From Candidatus Xenobia bacterium (GTDB lineage: Bacteria; Vulcanimicrobiota; Xenobia; Xenobiales; QWHO01): a DNA stretch of 64,000 nt. The translations under genes and the position numbers were made by a program. The stretch lies in assembly GCA_045863235.1 (NCBI GenBank), contig BTUM01000045.1, positions 1 to 64,000 on the forward strand, in the 5' to 3' direction. Positions 10,461 through 20,754 of this stretch are shown here, in pieces (position 1 is the first letter of the stretch; each line of letters starts with the position of its first letter). Below the pieces are notes generated by a model. It was not told the DNA's origin. It did not search any database and worked only from the letters and a program-made list of their open reading frames with translations.

Positions 10461-10817
10461 TCACCTCCTTCCCACCATTCTCCCTCGATAGACGAACAAG
10501 AACACCAGGCAGTTCAATCGAAACACAATCTCGGCCAGTGCCAGCCAGTCGATGGCCGCCGGGAAGGCGCCCAGAAAGGCTCCCGTCTTGATCAGAAGGC
10601 TCTGCAGGGTGATGCCCAACAAAAAGGCATAACCGAAGGTCTTGTCGAGCTCCAGCCCCACGATGGCCAGGACGGCCATCAGGGTTTTCAAGCTGAGGCC
10701 CAGCGCCAAACGCTTGTCGGGGCTGGCCAGGCTCTCGCGAATGGACTGGATGTCGCCGGGCAGAGCCAGCACGAAGAACACGACGCTGCCAGCTATCAGG
10801 ATGCGGCGCCAGATCAA
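10461..10817 (-). CDS. Membrane protein, probable paralogue of 10814..11230
   Basis: Hydrophobic; KTFGYAFLL and EIVFRL; overlaps neighbour by 4 bp. Confidence 0.65.
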   Translation of the reverse strand: MIWRRILIAGSVVFFVLALPGDIQSIRESLASPDKRLALGLSLKTLMAVLAIVGLELDKTFGYAFLLGITLQSLLIKTGAFLGAFPAAIDWLALAEIVFRLNCLVFLFVYRGRMVGRR

Positions 10818-11230
10818 CGCTCACGCCGCAGGTAGTCGACCACCACGGCCAGCGCCAACAGGCGAAAGACCAGGTCGGCCCCCGAGTGGAAGGCCATCAT
10901 GGTGGGGTCGCCCGGACTCAAGGTGGTCAACGGCTGAATAAAGAGCGCGCGGCGCACCAGGCCCAGCCCCACGCTCAGCAACAAGACCACATAACCCCAG
11001 CGCTTGTTGAGGATGAGACCGAGCAGTCCCACCAGCAAGAGAGCATTCCGCACGACCGTGGCCGCCAGCAGCCAGCTCTGCTGGGTCTGGGCCTGACCAA
11101 ACCAGTTGACATCCTGAGCGATGTCGCTGCACAGAACAAGCGCGCCCACCCCGATGAGAGCCCACCGAATCACTCGGGGGAGTTCTCCGAACATGGCCGG
11201 AAATCCCGCCAGGGCTTGACCCGCCGGCAT
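10814..11230 (-). CDS. Membrane protein (start may be 36 bp downstream)
   Basis: About four TM segments; KRWGYVVLL and DLVFRL. Confidence 0.65.
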   Translation of the reverse strand: MPAGQALAGFPAMFGELPRVIRWALIGVGALVLCSDIAQDVNWFGQAQTQQSWLLAATVVRNALLLVGLLGLILNKRWGYVVLLLSVGLGLVRRALFIQPLTTLSPGDPTMMAFHSGADLVFRLLALAVVVDYLRRER

Positions 11231-11347
11231 TCCAGCATGCCGATGCCGAGCATTCCAACGCCCGCAGACAGGTGAGCCCGGCTATCTGCGGGCGGGCTTC
11301 TCAGGTGCGCGACACGCAAGCCCCGGCGCAGGAGATCAGGACGAAGC

Positions 11348-13969
11348 TCAGAGCCTGACCCCCCGCAGCCGCAAGGCGTTGGCGATGACCGAGACCGAGG
11401 AGAGGCTCATGGCCGCGCTGGCGAACATCGGGCTGAGCAGCCAACCCGTGAAGGGGTAGAGCAGACCGGCCGCCAGGGGCACCCCCAGCACGTTGTAGAG
11501 GAAGGCAAAGGCCAGGTTCTGGCGGATGTTGGTCAGGGTGGCCCGGCTCAAGCGTCGGGCCCTCACGAGGCCCTGCAGGTCGCCCTGGAGCAGGGTGACG
11601 TCGGCCGACTCGATGGCCACGTCGGTGCCCGTGCCCATGGCCACCCCGACCTCGGCCTGGGCCAGCGCGGGAGCATCATTGATCCCATCCCCTACCATGG
11701 CCACCACCCGCCCCTCGGCCTGCAGACGCTCGACGGCGGCCCCCTTCTGGGTGGGCAACACCTCGGCCACCACCTCGTTCATGCCCAGTTGGCGGGCCAC
11801 GGCTTCAGCCGCCACCCGATGGTCCCCGGTGAGCATGACCAGTCGCAGGCCCTCGGCGGCCAGGACGCCCAGGGCTTCGCGGGTGCCCGGCTTGATCGGG
11901 TCGGAAACGCCCAGCAGGCCGGCGGGCTGACCGTCGACCCCCACCAGGATGACGGTCTGGCCCTGCTCGAGCAGGCTGCGTCCGCGCTCGAGCAGGGCGG
12001 CCGGGTCCAGACCCTCCTGCTTGAGCAGGGCGGCGTTGCCCAGCACCAGCGAGCGTCCCTGCACGACCCCCACCAGGCCAAGGCCTGGCTGGTAGTCGAA
12101 GGAATCGGGAGTGACCAGCGGCAGCCCGCGTTCACGGGCTCCTGCGACGATGGCGGCGGCCACCGGGTGCTCGCTCCCCTGCTCGAGCGAAGCGGCCAGC
12201 CGCAAGACCTCCTCGTCCACTCCCACCTCGGTCAGGGTCGGACGGCCCAGGGTGAGCGTGCCGGTCTTGTCCAGCACGATCGTGTCCACCAGGGCCATCT
12301 GCTCCAGGGCCCGGGCATCCTTGACCAGCACGCCGGCCTGGGCCCCCCGCCCGGTGGCTACCATGATCGACATCGGGGTGGCCAGGCCCAGCGCGCAGGG
12401 ACAGGCGATCATCAGCACGGCCACGGCCGTTACCAGCCCCATGGCGGGCTGGTGCTGGAGCGTCCAGAGCACCATGGTGAGTACCGCCACCGCCAGCACG
12501 GTGGGCACGAAAACCGCCGAGACCCGGTCGGCCAGCTTCTGGATGGGAGCCCGGCTGCGCTGGGCCTGGCTGACCATGCGCACGATCTGGGATAAGAGCG
12601 TGTCGGCGCCCACCCGGCGGGCCTCCATCACCAGCGCGCCGGTCTGGTTGACGGTGCCCCCGGTCAGGGTATCGCCCGGCGCTTTGGGGGCCGGGACCGG
12701 TTCGCCCGTCAGCATGGACTCGTCCACCGCGCTGCTGCCCTCGAGCACCACCCCGTCCACCGGGATGCGCTCGCCCGGGCGCACGCGCAGACGATCGCCG
12801 GGGGCCACCTGGGCGAGGGGCACTTCGCGTTCTTCGGGGTCGAGCTTGTGGGCTGTGGGGGGGGTAAGGCTGAGCAGGCTGCGGATGGCTTCGCCGGTCT
12901 TCTGCCGAGCTCGCAGCTCGAGCACCTGTCCGAGCTGCACCAGCACGATGATGACAGCCACCGACTCGAAGTATATCGGAGGATGGTGCCCCAGGCTGGC
13001 CGGCAACAACCTGGGAGCCAGCGTGGCCACGGCGCTGTAGACGTAGGTCACGCTGGTGCCCATGGCGATCAGGGTGAACATGTTCAGGTGGCCGCTGACC
13101 AGGCTGGCCGCTCCCCGCTGCAAGAAGGGCCACCCGCCCCAGAGCAGCACGGGAGTGCTGAGCAGGAGCTGCACCAGGGGCAGAGCGCCGTGGGTGGCCA
13201 TGGCCACAGCCACCAGCGGCAGCGTGAGCACCAGGCAGATGGCGAAGCGGCGCTGCATGTCGCGCAGTTCGGGATTGTCCTCGGTGGGAGCCACCGTGCG
13301 GGGCTCGAGGGCCATGCCGCAGAGGGGGCAGTCGCCCGGCTCGGGGCGCACGATCTCGGGGTGCATGGGGCAGGTCCACTCCACCCCGGCGGCGGGAGGC
13401 TCGGCAGGCTCGAGAGCCATGCCGCACCGCGGGCAGGCGCCTGGCCCTTCGTTGCTGACCTCAGGGCACATGGGGCAGATGTGAAGAGCCTTCTGCAGGG
13501 CCGGAGAGGTTGGCGGGGGAGCCAGGTAGGCCTCGGGATCTCTGGCGAACTTGCTCAAACAGCTCGGGCTGCAGAAATGGTACGTCTTGCCGCCGTGAAC
13601 ATGCGTGCCGGCAGCCTTCTCGGGCTCCACGGTCATGCCGCAGACCGGGTCCTTGAGCCCGAGGTAGGCCGCCGGGTCAGCGGCAAACTTGCTCAGGCAG
13701 CTCGAAGAGCAGAAGTAGTAGGTCTTCCCCGCGTGAACGTGCGTGCCGGCAGCCTTGTCGGGTTGCACGGTCATCCCGCACACCGGGTCTTTGCTGGCTG
13801 ACGAGCAGCATGAGCTCACCGCTGGCTGGCTCAGATACTTCTCTGGCTCGAGCTCGAAGGACGAGCGACAGCCGTCACAACAAAAGTAATAGCTCTGACC
13901 GGCGTGCTCGGCTCGAGGGCGAGCCGGGTCCTCGGTCACCTGCATCTGGCAAACGGGGTCGATGGGCAT
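11348..13969 (-). CDS. copA: Cu(+)/Ag(+) P1B-type ATPase with three YHS domains and two CPM(C/H)P metal-binding domains
   Basis: DPVC.M.V x3, [35 protein letters not shown]; start MPIDPVC at 13969. Confidence 0.92.
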   Translation of the reverse strand: MPIDPVCQMQVTEDPARPRAEHAGQSYYFCCDGCRSSFELEPEKYLSQPAVSSCCSSASKDPVCGMTVQPDKAAGTHVHAGKTYYFCSSSCLSKFAADPAAYLGLKDPVCGMTVEPEKAAGTHVHGGKTYHFCSPSCLSKFARDPEAYLAPPPTSPALQKALHICPMCPEVSNEGPGACPRCGMALEPAEPPAAGVEWTCPMHPEIVRPEPGDCPLCGMALEPRTVAPTEDNPELRDMQRRFAICLVLTLPLVAVAMATHGALPLVQLLLSTPVLLWGGWPFLQRGAASLVSGHLNMFTLIAMGTSVTYVYSAVATLAPRLLPASLGHHPPIYFESVAVIIVLVQLGQVLELRARQKTGEAIRSLLSLTPPTAHKLDPEEREVPLAQVAPGDRLRVRPGERIPVDGVVLEGSSAVDESMLTGEPVPAPKAPGDTLTGGTVNQTGALVMEARRVGADTLLSQIVRMVSQAQRSRAPIQKLADRVSAVFVPTVLAVAVLTMVLWTLQHQPAMGLVTAVAVLMIACPCALGLATPMSIMVATGRGAQAGVLVKDARALEQMALVDTIVLDKTGTLTLGRPTLTEVGVDEEVLRLAASLEQGSEHPVAAAIVAGARERGLPLVTPDSFDYQPGLGLVGVVQGRSLVLGNAALLKQEGLDPAALLERGRSLLEQGQTVILVGVDGQPAGLLGVSDPIKPGTREALGVLAAEGLRLVMLTGDHRVAAEAVARQLGMNEVVAEVLPTQKGAAVERLQAEGRVVAMVGDGINDAPALAQAEVGVAMGTGTDVAIESADVTLLQGDLQGLVRARRLSRATLTNIRQNLAFAFLYNVLGVPLAAGLLYPFTGWLLSPMFASAAMSLSSVSVIANALRLRGVRL

Positions 13970-13988
13970 ACCCGGCGTCAGCCGCCGC

Positions 13989-14384
13989 TCAGGGCAGGGC
14001 GCCGATCTCGCGCTCGAGCTCGTCCTTTTTGAGCAACCCCACCCAGGTCTTGACCAGCTTTCCCTTCTCGTCGACCGCAAAGGTCACCGGGATGCGGCCC
14101 TCGGCCTGAAGTGCCTGACGCGCCTCTGGATAAGCGTCGAGCTTCTTTCTCTGAGTATCCAGGTCGACGTTCACGAAATTGAACTTGGAGCGATTGGCTG
14201 ACTCGAACTGAGCCAGTTCGGGCTCCATGGCCCGACATGAGGCTCACCAGGTGGCGCCAGCGTGAACAATGGTATATTTGGCTCCGGGAGCCGTCGAGTC
14301 TTCCAGAGCGGATTGACTCTCCTGGCTAGCCTGTTGGCAGGCCACAACCAGGAGGGCGATCAGGGGCAAGAGCCATCTACGCAT
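13989..14384 (-). CDS. Lipoprotein thioredoxin with W-U-A-S-C active site (predicted selenoprotein; TGA at 14244-14246)
   Basis: SD GGAGG, lipobox [19 protein letters not shown] in frame with 13989..14228; FVNVDLD, IPVT. Confidence 0.82.
14204..14235 (-). promoter_or_regulatory. Candidate bacterial SECIS hairpin(s) 3' of the UGA
   Basis: TCGGGC-CATGGA-GCCCGA and CGAACTG-GCT-CAGTTCG within 40 nt of the UGA. Confidence 0.5.
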
Positions 14385-14514
14385 GAAAAGATCCTCCAGT
14401 CCAGGGACACCTTCTGAACCCGGCTTTCGACTCCTACAGGGGAGAGATGCAGGTTGTCGAAACGACGCCTCGGACCTGGGGCCGAGGGCCCCTTGCAAGG
14501 AGGAACCAAAGAAA

Positions 14515-15057
14515 ATGCATTCACCCAACAAACGACCGCTCGTTCCGAGCTGGTTCGCGGCCATGATCCTGGCCTCGCTCGTGCTGACCGTCTTCGGCAC
14601 CATCAGGCAGGTGGGACCCGGCCATGAGACCCAGAACCCCAGAGAGTTGCTCGACGTGCTCTGGATCGACAGCTATCCCGAAGTCACTTCCGACACCTGG
14701 AACGCCTACATCTTCTCCTCGGACAACGTGGGCATCTCGATTCAGGCCGCCTCGGCCTACAAGCTCACCCTCGAGCTCTTCGAGTTCAAGCCCAGCAACA
14801 CCGCTCTGAGCTTCCACTTCCCCCACGACGCTCGCCGCAGCACCTCCAACTATGCCATCGAAAAGATGAAGAAGCCCACCAAGCATTTCGACACCCAGCT
14901 GAGCCTCTCGGCCGATCCCCAGAAGCAGGGCAAGAACAGCGTCTACTTCACCGGCCCCGAGTTCCGCTCGCTGGACACCATGCCGGCCCCGGTTCGCGAA
15001 GCCCTGATGCAGCGCGGAGTGGTTCAGACCGAGAGCGGCCTGCAGCTGTCCCGTTGA
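14515..15057 (+). CDS. Hypothetical membrane-anchored protein
   Basis: SD AAGGAGG, N-terminal TM helix, overlaps next gene. Confidence 0.75.
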   Translation: MHSPNKRPLVPSWFAAMILASLVLTVFGTIRQVGPGHETQNPRELLDVLWIDSYPEVTSDTWNAYIFSSDNVGISIQAASAYKLTLELFEFKPSNTALSFHFPHDARRSTSNYAIEKMKKPTKHFDTQLSLSADPQKQGKNSVYFTGPEFRSLDTMPAPVREALMQRGVVQTESGLQLSR

Positions 15058-15530
15058 AGATCGGCGTCCTGGCCGACAGCCACGACCATCTCGACAACCT
15101 GAGAGCCGTGATGGCCCGCTTCAAAGAGGCGGGCGTGAAGACGGTCATCCACGCGGGCGACTTCGTGGCCCCCTTCACCCTGCCCGTGCTCGGTGAGGCC
15201 GGGTGCCCCGTCATCGGGGTGTTCGGCAACAACGACGGCGAGCGCGTGGGGCTCTCGCGCGGCTTTGCCCGCCTGGGCGAGTTGCACGAGCGGCCCCACG
15301 AGCTGGTCTTGAACGGTCGGCGCCTCCTGGTCTTGCATGAGCCGGTGGCGTTGCCCGAGCTGGCCTCGTCCTTCGACCTGGTCATCTACGGGCATACCCA
15401 CCGGGTGGACGTCGGGCAGAACCTGCTCAATCCCGGTGAGGTCTGTGGTTGGGTCACGGGCAAGTCGACCGCGGCCCTGGTCGATCTGCCCGAGAAGGGC
15501 GATCCCAGAATCCAGATCCTCGAGCTCTGA
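15054..15530 (+). CDS. YfcE/MJ0936-family metallophosphoesterase
   Basis: DSH, HAGD, GNND, GHTH, NPG motifs. Confidence 0.92.
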   Translation: MKIGVLADSHDHLDNLRAVMARFKEAGVKTVIHAGDFVAPFTLPVLGEAGCPVIGVFGNNDGERVGLSRGFARLGELHERPHELVLNGRRLLVLHEPVALPELASSFDLVIYGHTHRVDVGQNLLNPGEVCGWVTGKSTAALVDLPEKGDPRIQILEL

Positions 15531-15597
15531 CCGCCCGTTAACAGGTCGGTTGCCTTTTGTTCATCACTTAGCCCCGAACAGGGGCTATTTTTTTGCC

Positions 15598-17082
15598 GTG
15601 GTCATCACTGCGATACCGACCCTGACCCCCCCGCCTCTGCGGTTCAACCTGCCGACCCGCTCGCAAGGCGATGAGCCTGGCGATACTTTCCAGCCTGGTC
15701 TCGAGCAGGCCACCGGCATCCTCACGGGGGGCCCGCGCGGGCCGGTCCCCACGTCTCAAGTCTCGCTGCTGAGCTACCAGGCCTCCGAGAAGCACCAGCT
15801 CGAGGAGCACTACCGATTGCCCGATGGGCGCACGGTTCTCAGCTTCTCATCCTTCGACACCTCGCGCAACCGTGAGGACGACCCGAACGGCTACTCCATC
15901 GCCTTCGACAGCGCCGGCAAGGAGCTTTGGAAGTTCTCTCCCGAGGGGGGCCAGGAGATCGAGTCGCACCTGTTCTTGTCCAACGGCACCACCTACATCC
16001 ACACGCGCGGACAGGGCGCCTGGCCCACCGACATGGTGGTCAGCCTGGACGCTGAGGGCAAGGAGCGCTGGCGGTTCGAAACCGGGTCGCGCGAGCGGAT
16101 CGACAGCATTCAGGCCGACCCGCAGGGCAACCTGTTCGTCAAGGTCGATCAAGACGTGCTCAAACTCGACCCGAATGGCAAGAAGCTCTGGAAGAAGCAC
16201 CTGCCCATCCACTCCGACGAGTACTTCCACGTGCAGACGCCCGATCACGGGCAGCTATTTGCCTCGGACGACTTCTCCAACACGTTCAAGACGCCTCACT
16301 TTGCGCTGGTGAGCGCCAGCGGCAAGGTCAAGGAAGTGGACCTGCCCGACATGGGCTCTTTCCCCCTGGTGGCAGGCGACCGGCTGTTCTACGGTGGGGC
16401 TCGGGGCGAGGCCAGGGGCATCGATCTCAAAACCTTGAAAGCCTGGGAAGTGCAGACCGACTCGGCCGTGGGCGGGCTGTACACGCCTTACGCCGGGCCG
16501 GATGGACGCATCTACTTCACCGGACGCCGAGACGACAAGCTCTATTGCCTCAGCCCCGACGGTAAGATGCTGTGGCAGCGCAACATCGAGGACGAAGCGC
16601 CCGGGAGCCACATGAACGAGGGGTTCCTGCCGGCCGCCGATGGCTCGGTCTACTACGCCCACGAAGACGGCGAGAGCATTCAACAGATCAAGCCGGACGG
16701 CACCCTGGGCCAGAAAGTCCGCGTCAGCGGGGGCTTCGAGAGCTTCCAGCCCGGCCCCGACGGGATGCTCTACAGCGTGGACCGCGACGCTGTGGTGCGC
16801 CGCCACAATCTCCAGGACGGCACGACCTTCGAGCTCAGGCTGCAACTGGCCGAAAGCATTCGCTGGGAGATCGACGCCGTGGAGCCGGGCGGGGTGGTGA
16901 CCTTGACCGACAAGCTTTCGGGAACGTTGCACAAGCTGCGCGTGGACCCGTCCGACGAAGTGAAGCGGCAGCTCGAGGAGGCCAGGAACGCCCCTGCCAG
17001 CCAGGGCAGCCCCGGCATCAAGGAAGGCGACGGCTGGGTGATCATCGGCAACGTGCGCGTGAAACGGCGGGGCTCTGATTGA
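15598..17082 (+). CDS. PQQ-like beta-propeller repeat protein
   Basis: Repeated D..GK..W blades; ends WVIIGNVRVKRRGSD; GTG start inferred. Confidence 0.8.
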   Translation: MVITAIPTLTPPPLRFNLPTRSQGDEPGDTFQPGLEQATGILTGGPRGPVPTSQVSLLSYQASEKHQLEEHYRLPDGRTVLSFSSFDTSRNREDDPNGYSIAFDSAGKELWKFSPEGGQEIESHLFLSNGTTYIHTRGQGAWPTDMVVSLDAEGKERWRFETGSRERIDSIQADPQGNLFVKVDQDVLKLDPNGKKLWKKHLPIHSDEYFHVQTPDHGQLFASDDFSNTFKTPHFALVSASGKVKEVDLPDMGSFPLVAGDRLFYGGARGEARGIDLKTLKAWEVQTDSAVGGLYTPYAGPDGRIYFTGRRDDKLYCLSPDGKMLWQRNIEDEAPGSHMNEGFLPAADGSVYYAHEDGESIQQIKPDGTLGQKVRVSGGFESFQPGPDGMLYSVDRDAVVRRHNLQDGTTFELRLQLAESIRWEIDAVEPGGVVTLTDKLSGTLHKLRVDPSDEVKRQLEEARNAPASQGSPGIKEGDGWVIIGNVRVKRRGSD

Positions 17083-17116
17083 CAACGGCCCGGGCAGGTG
17101 CTTATGCTGGTGACAC

Positions 17117-17470
17117 GTGCGTGGACTCTCCCTGTTGGAGATGGTGGTCGCTCTGGGCCTGTTGGCCCTGGTTCTGCCTTTTCTGCTGAATCTGGTGCCC
17201 TCCAGCGCTCTGGCCCTCAAGCGGGCTGAGGACGTGGACGCGGCCAGCGCCTACGCTACCCGACTGCTGGAGGAAGCGCGCGCCACTCCGCCCTCGCGCC
17301 TGGGCGTCGACCTGGATAGCTTCGTCACTCTCAACAATACCCGCTTTCGAGTGGTGCGAGAGGTCTACGCGGTTGACAACTACCCCGCCCTGCGCGACGT
17401 GGTGGTGGCCATCTCGGGTCCGGCCCGTCTGCAGCCGATCCGCATGGCCACGCGGCTTGGCAGCGAATAA
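17117..17470 (+). CDS. Prepilin-type (type IV minor pilin/pseudopilin) protein
   Basis: RG/LSLLE followed by a hydrophobic helix. Confidence 0.75.
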   Translation: MRGLSLLEMVVALGLLALVLPFLLNLVPSSALALKRAEDVDAASAYATRLLEEARATPPSRLGVDLDSFVTLNNTRFRVVREVYAVDNYPALRDVVVAISGPARLQPIRMATRLGSE

Positions 17471-17568
17471 ACTTTCGTTTTCTGCAAAGTAGGAATCTCC
17501 CATATCCGGCTGACCCTTCCTGGAGGTATACTGTTGGAGATCCCACCTTTGGAACGGGGAGGACCTGC

Positions 17569-18009
17569 ATGGCCGAAAATCGCGACTACCAGAAGTTGAA
17601 CAAAGACATGCACAGCATGCTGGCGGGCACCGCCAAGCCGAAGTCGAGCTCGGGCCCCAAGACGACCACGGTCACCATCGAGGTTTCCGAGATGCCCAAG
17701 AAGATCCCCGCCGGCTCGCTGGTGGAGATCGAGAAAGTTTCCGCCGCCGACCTCAAGTTCGGCGACATCGTCTACATGAAACGTCGCGACCGGGCCGTGT
17801 TGTGTCGCTATGTCGGGACCAAGGGGGATCAACTCGAGGTCACTCAGCAGACCGAGTCAGGGACACAGAGCATTCCAGCCTCGGCGCTGCTTGGCAGAGT
17901 GATCCGGGCCAGTTTCCAGGGCAAGACCCGCGAATTCAACAAGGATCTGACCATGTCACGCGTGATGCTGCGGGCCAAGGTCTCGGTCGACAAGCTCACG
18001 GGCAGATAG
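17569..18009 (+). CDS. Hypothetical protein, possibly S24/S26 peptidase-like fold lacking catalytic residues
   Basis: SD GGAGG; LKFGDIVY and LLGRVI segments. Confidence 0.6.
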   Translation: MAENRDYQKLNKDMHSMLAGTAKPKSSSGPKTTTVTIEVSEMPKKIPAGSLVEIEKVSAADLKFGDIVYMKRRDRAVLCRYVGTKGDQLEVTQQTESGTQSIPASALLGRVIRASFQGKTREFNKDLTMSRVMLRAKVSVDKLTGR

Positions 18010-18050
18010 CCTGTTGACAGGCCGGGGCCCGCGGGAGAGAATCGGGCCTG

Positions 18051-19226
18051 ATGAAGATGTCCTCACTGCAGATCCTGGCAATCGCCGCGCCCACTGCGGG
18101 GGCGGCCGTCTTTGAAGTGGGTCTCATGCTGTGGGGAGGCAAACCGGTCACCTGGCCTGAGGTCATGGGCCGGGTCGTCGTGATGGCCGTGGCCTCGGTG
18201 GCCTTCTCCGCGGTCATGTTCTCGCTCATCGAGCGCATGAACGCAGCCATCCGCTCTGAACGCAAGCGTCTGGAAGCCATGTTCGAGAGCTCCTCGGAAG
18301 CGGTGCTGCTGGTCAACCATGAGCTCCAGGTCACGGCTCTCAATCCGGCCGCCGAGGCCATGCTGGGGTATCCGGCCCGGCCCCGCGAGCTGAAGCTGTG
18401 CCGCCTGTGCGTACCGCCCGAAGGTTCCTCGTGCCGAGATGGCTGTCCGCTGGACCTGTCTCGACCTCGCCCGTTCTTTGAGTCGGTGGTGCGGCACAAA
18501 GGGGGAAGCCTGCTGCCGGTGGCGGTCAGCACCTCGACCCTGCCCGCCGGAGAGGACGGGCAGGCCGAGTCCATGCTCACGCTGGTGGACATTTCGCGCC
18601 ATCGCGAGAAAGAGCATGCACGCCTGTCGCGCCTCTTGACCCAGAAGACGATGGAGGCTCAGGAAGAAGAGCGTCGCCGACTGGCCCGCGAGTTGCACGA
18701 CGGGGTGGCACAGGAACTGTATGGCCTGAAGCTGGCCGCTCGCATGGGCACGCCCGTGGAAGATAAGATCTCCGAGATTATGGACGGGGTGGGCCGCCTG
18801 GCCAAGAGCCTGTGGCCTCCGGTGCTGGAAAAGCTCGGTCTGGTGCAGGCTTTGAGAGCCCATCTCGACTCCCTGGGACAGGCTGACCTGGTGCTGGAGG
18901 CTCGGGAGAGCTTTCCGCGCCTGCCCATGGCCGTGGAGGCCACCCTCTACCGCATCGCCCAGGAGGCGGTGGGCAACGCCCTGCGTCACGGCAGCCCGGG
19001 CCGGCTGAAGGTGCGCCTGACGGAGGGAGCCGACGAGGTGCGCATGGAAATCGAGGATGATGGGAGGGGCTTTGACCCCGCCCGCCTGACGGTGGAAGGA
19101 TTGGGACTGGTGGGGATGCGCGAGCGGGCCGAAGGCCTGGGGGGAACCCTGGCGGTTCGCTCCGAGCCCGGACGCGGAACACAGGTGACCGTGCTGGTCC
19201 CACGGGAGGTCAAGGCGCATGTCTAG
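18051..19226 (+). CDS. Sensor histidine kinase (2 TM, Cys-rich PAS, HisKA_3), NreB-like
   Basis: ERRRLARELHD, QEAVGNALRH, EDDGRGF, GLGLVGMRER; CRLC-x7-C-x3-C in PAS. Confidence 0.9.
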   Translation: MKMSSLQILAIAAPTAGAAVFEVGLMLWGGKPVTWPEVMGRVVVMAVASVAFSAVMFSLIERMNAAIRSERKRLEAMFESSSEAVLLVNHELQVTALNPAAEAMLGYPARPRELKLCRLCVPPEGSSCRDGCPLDLSRPRPFFESVVRHKGGSLLPVAVSTSTLPAGEDGQAESMLTLVDISRHREKEHARLSRLLTQKTMEAQEEERRRLARELHDGVAQELYGLKLAARMGTPVEDKISEIMDGVGRLAKSLWPPVLEKLGLVQALRAHLDSLGQADLVLEARESFPRLPMAVEATLYRIAQEAVGNALRHGSPGRLKVRLTEGADEVRMEIEDDGRGFDPARLTVEGLGLVGMRERAEGLGGTLAVRSEPGRGTQVTVLVPREVKAHV

Positions 19227-19806
19227 TCGTTCGATCCGGGTCCTGATCGCCGACGACCACGCGGTCGTGCGGGCCGGCCTGCGCATGCTGCTCGAGTCAG
19301 GCGGCATTCAGGTGGTGGCTGAAGCCGCTGAAGGGGGCGAGGCGGTTCGGTTGGCCGAGGAGCATCGCCCCGACGTGGTCTTGCTGGATCTCACCATGCC
19401 CCCGGGGCAGGACGGCATCTGGGCGGCCGAGCAGTTATCCAGGCGGCTGCCTCAGGCCCGGCTGCTGGTCCTGACCATGCATGACGATCAGGCGGTCAGA
19501 CAGCGGGTGCTGCAGGCCGGAGCCCATGGCTACGTGCTCAAGCAGGCTCCCGACGCCGACCTGGTGGGGGCCATCCGCTCGCTGTGCGGGGCCGCTACCC
19601 CGGTCAACCCGCTGACCGAGCGCGAGAATGAGATTCTCCAGCTGATCGCCCAGGGCTACGGCAACAAAGAGATCGGCAATCTTCTGCAGATCAGCGTGAA
19701 GACGGTGGAGACCCACAAGGCCCACGGCATGCAGAAGCTGGGCCTGCAGTCACGGGCCGATCTGGTGCGTTACGCTCTCAAGGCCGGGTTACTGCGGCCA
19801 AGCTAA
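19219..19806 (+). CDS. NarL/LuxR-family response regulator
   Basis: IADDH, LLDLTMP, LTERE, GNKEIG, SVKTVETH. Confidence 0.93.
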   Translation: MSSRSIRVLIADDHAVVRAGLRMLLESGGIQVVAEAAEGGEAVRLAEEHRPDVVLLDLTMPPGQDGIWAAEQLSRRLPQARLLVLTMHDDQAVRQRVLQAGAHGYVLKQAPDADLVGAIRSLCGAATPVNPLTERENEILQLIAQGYGNKEIGNLLQISVKTVETHKAHGMQKLGLQSRADLVRYALKAGLLRPS

Positions 19807-19860
19807 TGTGCTCGCAGTTGGTTGAGCACATGAGCAGTCTGACGAACGCGCCGGACTGCG
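19803..19860 (+). repeat. Partial copy of the MITE/REP-like element
   Basis: CTAATGTGCTCGCAGTTGGTT...TGACGAACGCGCCGGACT; supplies the TAA of the response regulator. Confidence 0.7.
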
Positions 19861-19968
19861 TTGTGGGGCGGATGATCGGGTGCACATTCGAGTTCATCAA
19901 GAATCTTCCATCAACAAGAATGCCGGACGAATCTCTCCGTCCGGCATCCTGGGTCAGCCGAGGGCGAA

Positions 19969-20640
19969 CTAGAACGCGCCGGCTGCCGCGAAGGCGAAGG
20001 TGCCATTGCCCTGCTGGTGGGCGAACTGGCCGTGGTGATGGTGACCCTGGTGACCCTGCATGCCGCCACCCTGCAGGATGCGCATGATCAGCCCAACCAC
20101 CGCTGCCAGCGGGTTCTGGGGCGGGCCACCGAACGGGCCGCCACCGAAGGGTCCGCCACCGAACGGGCCGCCGCCGAAGGGGCCCTGTTGACCGAACTGA
20201 CCCATCGGGTTACCCAGCAACGTGTTGCCCGGGTTGCGCATCTGGGAGCCCAACGCCAGGCCCATGCCCATTCCCAGGCCGGCCGCAAAGGCCGGGTTCT
20301 GCTGGCCACCGAAGTTGCCGGCAAAGGGCTGGGCGCCGAACTGGTTGCCGAACATCGGGTTCTGGCCGAACATCGGGTTCTGGCCGAAGAGGGGGTTCTG
20401 ACCGAAGGGCTGGGCGAAACCGCCCATCGGATTCTGCATCTGGTTCGCCATCGCGCCCATCATGAAGCCCATCCCGAAGAGCTGCTGGGCCGGGTTGGCC
20501 TGCTGCTGCTGACAGCCGCAGCCACCGCGGGCCTGAGCCCCGGCGCTGAGAGCGATCGCCAGTGCGAAGGCGATTGCGGTGGTCGAGTTGCCGTTGTCGG
20601 ATTGCTGGTGGTTTGCTGCTTTTGCGCGTACGCCGCCCAT
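19969..20640 (-). CDS. 223-aa low-complexity Gly/Gln/Asn/Phe/Met-rich protein with FG repeats
   Basis: SD GGAGG before ATG at 20640; FGQNP and GPFGG repeats; His-rich patch. Confidence 0.75.
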   Translation of the reverse strand: MGGVRAKAANHQQSDNGNSTTAIAFALAIALSAGAQARGGCGCQQQQANPAQQLFGMGFMMGAMANQMQNPMGGFAQPFGQNPLFGQNPMFGQNPMFGNQFGAQPFAGNFGGQQNPAFAAGLGMGMGLALGSQMRNPGNTLLGNPMGQFGQQGPFGGGPFGGGPFGGGPFGGPPQNPLAAVVGLIMRILQGGGMQGHQGHHHHGQFAHQQGNGTFAFAAAGAF

Positions 20641-20754
20641 GCTGGTGTCCTCCAAAGTAAGGTGATTTGGTCCTATTCTACCTCCTGGACTGCAAGTTGG
20701 AAAGGGACCGAAAGTAAAAGTCTCATTTCCAATCTGTGAACAGGTTATGAACAA

